This document shows, one piece after another, positions 53,700 through 64,000 of a stretch of 64,000 nt of DNA. The DNA lies in NCBI GenBank assembly GCA_000320545.1, contig ADNK01002741.1, positions 1 to 64,000 of the forward strand, in the 5' to 3' direction. The notes under the pieces were generated by a model, which searched no databases, had not been told where the DNA came from, and was given only the letters and a program-made list of their open reading frames with translations. Both the position numbers and the translations under genes were made by a program. Position 1 is the first letter of the stretch. Each line of letters opens with the position of its first letter. This stretch comes from Bigelowiella natans CCMP2755 (taxonomy: Eukaryota > Protista > Cercozoa).

Positions 53700-54121
53700 G
53701 GTGGGTGTATAGATAAATACCGTATCTGAAGACCGCATGGAGAGGTGAGCAAGTTAACCGTAGAAAGGAAGGGAGAGGAAGAGGGGAAACTGACAGAATC
53801 AGAAGGAACGAAGGAAGTTATAAGGAGTAGCAGTTTGCCGTATCACAAGACAAAGTCTGCAATTGTGATATCGTCGCAGTCTCCAGCCCAACAACTTCGT
53901 GCACATTATATATGTATAATATATATTAAATTGTGTGTGCGTATTAAAAGTGACTGGTATCTCATCACGATGGTATTCCGCCACGCTTCAACATCGCCTC
54001 CCCCCCCCCCCCCCCCTTCCATTTCTTGTGGCCCCCATCATAGGCGGACCTACACAATTCGAGTAGTGCGAGAATCTAAGCATTTGGTTATGAACACAGG
54101 TTATCCCTCTCTATAATATTC

Positions 54122-54166
<45 letters not shown>

Positions 54167-55065
54167 TCTCTCTTTTTCTCTCTTTCACCCTCCCCTTCCA
54201 CCCCCCCCCTCCTCCCCATTCCTATTGACACATTCATACTTTCAGCCGCAATGATGCTACCAAAGAGGGACAAAATTGTCGGTTTATTCGCAAAACACGC
54301 ACCGATTTTTCCACAGAAAATATCCCTTACTTACAGCAGAAATGCAGCACTCCGTGGTGTATTAGTGTTTGGTATTTGCACGTGTGTTGATGGCGATGAA
54401 CCCCTGCATAAATGCATCATCACAGAACACTCCTAAATCGAGATGTTTACGAGATCCCAAAAAATTTAACAAGTATTTAATTGCCATCAGTTGAAGGGGG
54501 GGGAGGACGCCTTTGCCATAGCGGTACGATCAAAACCCATTTTAAATGCGATTGGTCGACGAGTTTCGGGGCTGTATCGATAGCGTCTCGAGGCCTCTTC
54601 TTGTCATATGACCGACCTCCGCTGCTTTCCGTGACTCTAACCGCCTTGATGTCCTTAACCGATTTCACATGTCTTGGTCAAGTGAGCGATCCTTGTTGTG
54701 TTGTTGTGTTGTTGTTGTTGTTGTTATTGTTGTTATTGTTGTTATTGTTGTTGTCCTAACCTGCTTGTTTCCACAGGGTCCATCTTTTCGGGTGACGAGT
54801 GGAGAACTCCTCCTGCAAAACAAGTCGATGACGGTGGTAGTTGAAGAAGTAGTAGTAGTAATAATAATACATATATGATGTTAGCTACATCGTGTGTGTG
54901 CATATAGCGTGTAATATGCTTGCAAGGTGCGGTAACAATTCCTAACCTCCCCCTCCTCCCTTCTCTCTCCCCCCCTCTCTCTCGCTCTGTTTAACATGGG
55001 CAAGACAAGTGCACGCCACATCAAATGACTTAGATATTGAGTTAAACAGAATGAGCCCGTGTGTG

Positions 55066-55109
<44 letters not shown>

Positions 55110-55154
55110 GAAAATTTCCCATATAAACTCCGGTGTTCGGTGGCTGAATACATT

Positions 55155-55192
<38 letters not shown>

Positions 55193-55654
55193 TCTACATT
55201 TTGCATGAGTAACAAACGTTCATCGATCATCTTGTAAACAGAAATCGTCCTCCACCAATGGACCTCGGAGTGTCCAAAGAAACTTCCTTGATTTCAGAGA
55301 GGCGTCGGTGATGACGGCCTCTCCTCGAGCGTCTCTAATTGCTGTTAGTGACGGCGTGAGCGCATGGTAGCTGCATTGATAACCCGACGTTCATTGTGGC
55401 ATCTTGTTGTGTGTGTGGTCCCATCGATCGTTCTCGGATTATTCGTGCTTAAATCGCGTGTTGATTGACGGCTCTATTGTATCTTTATTGCTGTGTGTAC
55501 GTGTGCGTATGTGCAAGAGAGAGGGAGAGAGAGAGAGATTGAAAACAGTGACAAAGTAGCTGAAAGGTATCAATTTCTTGCAGGGACGCTCTAGGGGTCG
55601 ACTCAGGAGCGTATTCACGAGAGGTACTTGCGTTTTTCGCATATGCATATTATC

Positions 55655-55723
<69 letters not shown>

Positions 55724-56782
55724 TGAGTTTGTATAATATCTCGTATTGCACACATATACACAGAAAATAAAAAATATGTGCATTAACAAAATCACACCTA
55801 TTTTCATACTATGTGCCTCTTCACACATAGGTATGATATACACATGTGAATATCCTAATTGCCTTTTTCTTTCTCCCCCACCCCACCCCCACTTTTCCCT
55901 CGATCCAATCGAATCTAAATAGCTTATGGAACGGCTATGCGACACATACATGGCGGCCGAAGACGAAGATCAGAGTGCAAACCCATCGGAAGGGAGCGTC
56001 CAAAATGGCGGGTCGGGCCCCTCTTCCCCTCGCAAGCAACGTGCAAGGTCTAAATGAAAAGAGGGGGCAGGAGAAGACCCAAACGCCCAACTCTGATGTT
56101 TTCCACATCATCATCTTTACGATTGTCAAATACAAAATCTCTTCATTTGCTGGACTTCCTTCCCCCCCCCCTTTTGGTTTGCCCCTGACCCCCTTCGTCT
56201 TTCCCCCCCCCCCCCCCCCCTAGCCGAACAGCATTGAGCTTGCTTTCGCGGGCATGGAAAGGCGCCAAAACGGTCGGGTCAGCGACCGCAACACTCGTGG
56301 TAGTGAACGTAGTTGTTGGGATGGTAGCAAAGAGAACTTGGGAGGCCTCCTACACATCATGCAATTGTATTCGTTCTCTACTTTGTTCTCGCGCGCCGCG
56401 CGGAGTCACCTCTCTGTCGCGTGCCTTTCGCGCTATTTTTTTTACTTCGATCCGACGCGAAGGAACGGCGAATGCAATGCCTTTCAATACCACACACCAA
56501 CAGCGTCTCCACGTCTTCTGCTATTTTCGCGTCAGTTTTTGGAATCTGCATTGTTATTGCGGGTTGATCAATCGTTCTATCTATGTTGCACCTTTGTTTT
56601 CAGCGCTTAGAAGACACAGCACTCAGTGCAGCCGTTGTAGGTGCGTAGCGGGTGTGTGTGTGTGTGCGTGCGTGTGTGAATGATGCAGAGGGAGGGGAGG
56701 GAGATTTAACGATAAGAGAGAAAGTGAGAAATTGTGAGGATATATTCGCATGCACTCAGGGATTTCATAATGAAACGACATG

Positions 56783-56827
<45 letters not shown>

Positions 56828-57444
56828 GATGGAAATGTGTTCGATCGTAGGAGATTCGCAGTTTGTAGTGATTAGAGACGACAAGATCATCTATACTAGT
56901 CCAGTGCAGGAGGTAATAACTAATAATAACGATGATAACAAGATGCAGGACTCAAGATCTCTCACAATTTCGCACTCGGCACAATCTTCACTCAAAACTT
57001 TAGAAACCACTTGAGGAGAGGCATTCCTCCCCCCCCCCCTATCTACCCTACGCATTGTGTACGAAACAGCATATCCCACAAATACATACGCAGATTGCAT
57101 TTAACACTCCGTATCAACTCCCTGCTCCCGATGGAAATCCGTCGCATCTGGTACTTCCTCATCAGAATAGAGCAATGGCAGGAGGGGGGGGTTAGGGGGG
57201 GGGGATATTGTGAATACTTAATTTATGCTTTAACGGAGAATGGCATGTATTTCTCCATCGCTTTCGTCGTGCAGTACACGAGGAGCTGCTGTGTCGCGCG
57301 GCAATGAGCGCCGAATTTTTCTCGGCATGACATGCAAACTTTTCGTCTAGATTTCCGTTGCGAATCAGGAGTTTACGCCGAATGTTTTTAAAAAAAAAAA
57401 CGAGAGAGAGATTACATAAATATGTTTGTGCGTTTTGTGCGTTT

Positions 57445-57481
<37 letters not shown>

Positions 57482-57989
57482 TGTTTGTTTGTGTGTGTTT
57501 GGGCGTGTTAAGGAGTTCCAATCGCCAAAGGATGCAAGAAAGGTGAAGAATTAACTCACATCAACTGCTACGTTTGAGCGTTTTATCGTAGCACAGAGAG
57601 CATTTAGATCTATCATGATGTTCCGAGTGCATAATTAAGTTTAACGATAAACTGAATCATTTTAATCAGATCACACTCAGGGACATGCGAGAAGGGGATG
57701 TAGTCATCGTAAGTGCAACGAAGACGTACACACGCACACCATACACCCAACCATGTGTGTAATCATGCTTTCATATGATTGATGCTCAAATGCAATATTG
57801 CATGGTTTGCCTTCAGCTCGGAACGGATGGCTTCTTCGATAACTTGTTCCCTGAAGATATAAAAAGAGTGTGTGAGCACAATCACGATAAAATACGCCTT
57901 TTCTTTCTTGCGGAGCGATTGCCGGAGGGTGGCGCCATCCTCAGTGCATTCAAAACTTTTTCCCAGGACGCAGTATTTATTGGACATGC

Positions 57990-58027
<38 letters not shown>

Positions 58028-58125
58028 ATGCGATCTGCTGCCGCTGCATTCACTGGCGTGATGGCAATAGGTTATATCTAATTGCGCAATAAGTACGCAT
58101 TTCTCTCTCTCCCTCTCTCTCTCTA

Positions 58126-58177
<52 letters not shown>

Positions 58178-59154
58178 AGAGAAAGAGAGAGAGTGTGCCT
58201 AAACCGCAATTTGGAATCCAAACAGATCACAAGGGATGTGCTAAAGAAGGAACCTATAGAAAACGGTAAGTGCTGACTAATTCAGCATACGTGTAATTAT
58301 CGATTTACGAATGTATGACGAATACGATAACACACTATATTATCTACAATATAATATATATCAATATTTTTAATATATAGTCAAGTTTGTGCATTGTTTC
58401 ACATCGTATTTCACTCCTTTGCCTCTTGATTATCGTGATATGCTTGATTAGTACCTGCTGCGCTTACTGAAGCTTTGCTAGAAGAGAGCTTTAAAGTGTC
58501 GGAGGTAGGACCAGACTAAGTGTATGATGATGAGAATGGCGGCGATGGTGATGATGATGATGATGATGATGATTGCATACACAGTTTACACGCATTGATG
58601 AGTGAAGACCCCGTAGCATATGTACGATAACAAGCGCAGCATCGATCTAGCGGGGCGCGTAAATCCTTAAAGAGACATCACAACATCAAACGCACATCAA
58701 AATTACCTTTGGAAGTGAGAAAAGCAGTCATCGATTGTCGTACAAGTGTTTCATCGACGTTATGTGTGAAATGAAACATGCGTGCGCGCATCTATTGTCT
58801 GAGGCGCTAATAATGCGATTTTGGGGGACAGAAAATAACGGGAAATTCACCCTGGGCGAAAGAAGCTTCTCGAGAGGTAATGTTGTCGATTTCAGCGAAA
58901 CACATCGCCGAAAGATATTGATTCAGTCCGATTCACGATTGCAACGAGAAACCGCCTCCAACGCCAAGCATTCGTTGACATTGACTTTTGGCAAAGTCTC
59001 ACGTCGAAATTGCTTCCTCTTCTCTCTGCGAAAACTACAGGTAAAGAAGGAGGCGGCTAGGTTGAGGAGAGCAGGCGAAGACGTCGAGTACGAGCTTGCA
59101 TTCGGAGGAAAACCAGACGACATAACCGTCGTTGTCGGTGTAGTGACGAATTGA
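49228..59154 (+). CDS. PP2C/PPM phosphatase, PTC7 family, with an N-terminal leader and two cadherin-like beta-sandwich domains; start uncertain (49081 or 49228), apparent frameshift near 55320
   Basis: Catalytic exons: GVGDDG, IAVSDGVSAWDALGVDSGAYSRELM, VGSATATLV, AAVVGDSQFVVIRD, QEIAFNTPYQL, GDVVILGTDGFFDNLF, SPWAKEA, GGKPDDITVVVGVV-TGA (59152-59154). The upstream exons I could join splice in frame, and no intergenic-like break separates them. Confidence 0.8.
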
Positions 59155-60278
59155 GGTCGATCTAGCGACAGATATGCGTCGAAACTTGCGCGCATTCATT
59201 CGCTACAATACCGCAATGAGCAGTGCACGTGCCGTGGGTGTGTATGGGTTGTTGCTGCGGCATGATGATAAACATGCTCATTCTGCCATGGTGAGGAAAT
59301 GTAGGCGAAAACTTGTACTATTTGATCAATAGTGGGCTCATGTATTATGATAATGAGCTTAATCGATGGGGAAGCTCTTGCTTCGCTGCTAGCACTCTGT
59401 GCTTTGTGTATCTACACATTACACATTTTGAACAAACACATGCAACTCCGGACCTGCCATCCTGGCCGGACTCCACACATCTCAGATGGTAACATGCGCT
59501 AGTGCGCATCATACTAGCATAGCCGCACAGCTGCTTTTTCTTTACTACGTGCAAAAATGCTTGATTTGCATGTGATCGTGATCGTAACATGTTGCATCTG
59601 TCATAATCAATAAGTTGCAAATGCGCATGCTTGCGCGCTGGCCTGCGCTGCTAATCAAATCATAAGCCTTTCCCAAAAATGCAAGATGAAAGTAATTAAT
59701 CAATTAAATAAAATCTATTTCATGGCCATCCTCAGGTAGCTAGGTAGCTGTGCGCAATGCTAGAATGCTAAAGATGTACAAATTATATATGTATATATGT
59801 CACTATTTATACTGTGTCTATGGCATGTGGTTTGCTAATACAGATCTAACAAATGTGCATAACGCAGGAAGCCAATGCAAGCTAATGAATTGCTTCTAAT
59901 CTTACTGATCTACATGACCACGCGCTTGCATAAAACCAAAGCTAGAAAGCAATGTAATAAGTATGCAGGTAGATTTAGCGCTATATAGCGTCGCCATACC
60001 CTAGCTCCGCGCCCGCGGTACGGCGCATATAGTCTAATAGTGCGCGGGTCAAACCGATGTGTGCAGAATGAAAGGCTCATGCATCGCATAGCAGTGATAC
60101 CCTTTGAGAATTGCAAGCACGGATGAAATCAAACCAAAGTATACGTCCAGACGTGCATACACACACGCACACACACACACACGCATACATACATACACAC
60201 TCGTATGAGCGATGAGAGAGAAACATAGAGGGAAAACCCTTCGAATCAGAGGCCTTTGGAGTTCTCCTTTCGCTCTTG

Positions 60279-61006
60279 CTAAGAAGGTCGGGAGAGACGC
60301 TTCACTTTGGGGAGACTAAGCGGAGCTTTCAGGGACACGGTGCCCTCTTTTCCTCTGCTCATCTTCGCGCCAACCTCGCGATAGTGCGTCTTCAATTTTG
60401 GCAGCGTAATCTGGGCAGCAGTATAAAGAAAAAGGAACAGATTTTTACGGGAGGAGATTAGTTGATGACAGGGTAGGATAGGCTCTGCATTTGATCTTCA
60501 CCTTAAGTATTTCGGCAATCTTCGCAACTTCTTCCATTGGAATCTGAACCCGCACGCACAGATAGTTGGTTCTTTCGAATTCAATAACGATGAGGATGAT
60601 GGTTCGTGGGGGGGGCACGGGGAGGGGGGGGGGGGGGGAGGGGGAAGGAATACACGAGAGTTCTGTGAAGTACAGATGAAGCAGCAGGCTGCAAAATTGC
60701 CTTGTCTTGCGACATGGTCACGTGTCACGTTGCACAGGGCAAAATCGATCAAATTCGGAATTTGGTTCCCAGATGACAAACTAGGCAGAAAGACATTGGC
60801 TATTTCTTCTATCGTGAGACGCTTATATGACCGCAAATCCGCTCGCTTTGAGGGAAACGACGCAGATACGACAGAGCAGCTTTGTTCTGTGCACAAATTG
60901 TATGGAAGTGTAGGCACATGATTAGATAACTCTCGAGCTGAATAATCTGGATTTCCAGTAGATACAGGCAACTTGCAGAGATGCACCCATCCTTTTTACA
61001 TATCAA

Positions 61007-61050
<44 letters not shown>

Positions 61051-61562
61051 TCACAAACGCAACGACACACATACAGAAGTAAAAGTAAAAACTACCTATT
61101 AGCCATGGTGACTGATTGTTTCTGACAGAATAATGATGGAATTTAAAAAAGGGGGGGGGGAGGGGAGGGGGGGGAGAGAGGAAGATGCGAAATCAGAAAA
61201 TCAATCGTGACTTGTTCCCCCGCCCCGTTATCTATTGGGTGTGCGGTGTGCAGCTTTAATGTTCATATTTCGCTGCTTTCGTGACCTTGCCCTTTTCCGT
61301 AAATAAGGACGTCAGCTGCTCGGTTATGCTAGGAGGGGCATCGTCTATTCTTTGCCTGAGATTCGCAATATTTGTATGCGATCATCATCATCATCATCAT
61401 CATCACCATCATCATCATTGCGGCCGTTGCAATAGTAATCGTTAACAAACCAGCTATTACGTTACCCCCCCCCCCCCTCCCCCTCGGTCACTTACCCTTT
61501 ATTTGACCGCCGATGGCTGGTGACATAGAATGAGAGGAGATAGTGCAGATACATCGCCATTC

Positions 61563-61611
<49 letters not shown>

Positions 61612-61641
61612 CGAAGTACAACCTCAAAATTATTTAACCAT

Positions 61642-61691
<50 letters not shown>

Positions 61692-61991
61692 TATCGATTC
61701 TCATTGCATCGATCATCTATCACGCGTATCGTAATTCGGCCAATGCGGCATTTAAAACCGGCAAAACAGCGGTAAACATCGTTGAGCATGCATCTGATTT
61801 GATTCATAAATTGTCCTTTTGGTTATTATTACCGAATCCTCATTTTCTTCTGCTTCTTCTGAAGAGTATTCGCACGTGCCAGTGCTAGACGCACCAGAGA
61901 ACATGGGTACTAATTTGGGGAGGGGGGGGGGGGAGAATCGACGACGACAAGATCAACGCATCGAGACAGCAGTAACGTAAGTACAATTCGT

Positions 61992-62066
<75 letters not shown>

Positions 62067-62111
62067 CGCGCGCCCGCGTGTGTGTTAACTTACAATAAGT
62101 CAATGCTCGAA

Positions 62112-62153
<42 letters not shown>

Positions 62154-62864
62154 GAGCGATATTCTCCTCATCTTCCCACCTTCAAAGCATTCGCAGCTTT
62201 CGGATTCAAAGCCGAGAGGTTTTCGTTTGAGAGCAATCCTATTACAAGCAGTATATCCATCATATTCGACGATAACAGCAATGTATTATGCAGCGGTGCC
62301 AAATCACAGGTATAGCACGAACCCCCCCCCCCCCCCCCCCCTCCCTCCCCCGTCCTCCCCCGCCTGTTATCATTTTCATTTTCACTACTATATTTAGAAA
62401 TTAGTTCTACGGCTAGAGAGAGACGAGGAGAAAGAAGGCATGAGGAGAGACCATTAGTCGGGTAAGCATCGTCGGGATCAACAGCCTTGATGTCGTGTGG
62501 AGGCAGGTGTGCTGCTGCGGGTGCTTCTCCATTTGCTGCGGCGTTGGCATCGGTTGCGGAGGCCATTTGTCTGTTGGAAACAACACATGATCATGCCGTT
62601 GGTTGGTGAGGAGAAATAGATTGATGATGGCAATCACGGTGATATGACGATAGTCGATGGTGGAGAACAGTGGTAGCTTCTACGAGGCATGTTTACGCTG
62701 ATAATGTACATAGTATTATAATTCATCTCACTCGCTGAGGTTTCGTTCAACCGGATCATCAGCCAAGGCCTGGGTTATTACCAAAGTAACGAAAACAACA
62801 GCACGATAGCCATATCAATACACGTAGCAAGTCTTTCTAAGCTCGCACATATACACGCAGAAAC

Positions 62865-62902
<38 letters not shown>

Positions 62903-63150
62903 ACACCCATAGCATGCATCCGTTATCATGCATTCGTTTTATACATGATCAGCAGAATGTCGATGACCTGGTCAAGCCCCATGAGCGAGTTGTCCTTCTG
63001 GATGTTGATTCGTCCTTTCACCGCTGAAGAATACGCCCTTCAAAACATCGTGCAAAGGCGAGGGTCGGCAAGGATGGCCAGGGAGCAACCGGTTAACATC
63101 GTGTGAAAAAAAAAAATTCTTTATCAAAGTAAATATATATAGGCATTTGT

Positions 63151-63192
<42 letters not shown>

Positions 63193-63612
63193 AGACAGTC
63201 CCTTACCCCCCCCCCCCCCCCCTTTTCCTTTTTTTGACTCCATGCGTATGCGCGCACACCTATGTTTATAAATAAACTATCCTCATCCCCCCCCCTCATG
63301 AGGAAACAACCTAATTCTTTTTGCACTTCCGAACACGTTGATAAGCTCTCCTCGGCCCGCATCAAACGTCTATCGAGGGATTGTGGAGATGTGCGTGCGT
63401 GAATATACGTAAAACGAGTGCAATGGGTAACGATAAGCGATCTTGATGTTGATTCAACCTTCGGCGTGAGCGAAGAGTCGTTCTTTACCTGAGAGAACAA
63501 ACACGCTTGGTGAGGAGATATTGTTTGGTTGCAACGCGCGGTTTGCAGATTGTGAATAGGAAGGTTGAGAGGAGAAGAGGGTTAGGGGTAAAACAAGAAA
63601 TTCATGTATATT

Positions 63613-63687
<75 letters not shown>

Positions 63688-64000
63688 ATAACATGCGGCA
63701 GTTTTACTTACCGTGGTGACCCTTTGTTCCATCTCGTACATGTGATCGACCTCGCTCATTCGAAGCTTCGATTTGTGACAGGAGGGAGAATGGGGAATCA
63801 AGGTCAGATAGGCCGGTGTTACATTGATGCCATCTTCGTAATACAAGCGCGCGAGTGGGCCGATATTGTACACAAACAAAGTGCATGCACAGGGATTCAG
63901 TGAATGACCTCCCTGCGATGGGTTCATTTACTTTGCCTTCAACTACTCTATAATGCTAGCTGCTACATGAAGCAATCAAAACCACCTCTCCAGTCTCGGG
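60279..64000 (-). CDS. POLR1E: RNA polymerase I subunit RPA49/PAF53; 5' end outside the window
   Basis: Spliced peptides: GELINVFGSAKRIR, HLPPHDIKAVDPDDAYPTNGLLS, MYLHYLLSFY, DAPPSITEQLTSLFTE, TKLLCRICVVSLKASGFAIPMEEVAKIAEILKITLPKLKTHYREVGAK..VSLKAPLSLPKVKR..-TAG (60281-60279). Confidence 0.85.

Noticed and set aside
55331-55348. 18-nt GT..AG segment resembling a nucleomorph-type tiny intron
   Set aside because: Removing it creates an immediate TGA and deletes conserved motif-2 residues, so it does not fix the frame.
784-63903. Many ORFs with YIYI, HTHT, ERER, CVCV or LSLS runs
   Set aside because: Translations of intronic microsatellites.

Overview
Intron-rich eukaryotic nuclear DNA with canonical GT-AG introns that are packed with (TA)n, (GA)n, (CA)n, (GAT)n and G/C homopolymer runs. 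Long bipartite-like leaders suggest an alga with a complex plastid, possibly a chlorarachniophyte (inference only). I spliced nine genes by hand: (1) a secreted mucin-stalk/NHL-repeat protein (-, runs off the left end), (2) DNA polymerase alpha subunit B (-), (3) an IPNS-like 2OG-Fe(II) oxygenase (+), (4) an SLC35A-type nucleotide-sugar transporter with a long leader (-), (5) sarcosine dehydrogenase (+), (6) a large plant-At5g11700-like (DUF8003-type) membrane protein (+), (7) an orphan protein (-), (8) a PTC7-type PP2C phosphatase (+) and (9) RNA Pol I subunit RPA49/POLR1E (-, runs off the right end). No RNA genes or CRISPR arrays were seen. The strongest unexplained signals are three. First, intergenic blocks where TpA is almost erased except inside CTAG, which looks like a context-specific mutational process acting on TE relics, one next to tyrosine-recombinase-like motifs. 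Second, a PP2C fused to two cadherin-like beta-sandwich domains, with catalytic motifs 1 and 2 in different frames. Third, a 5'-purine/3'-pyrimidine polarity of intron repeats. Exon boundaries and counts were made by eye and are not confirmed by any database search.
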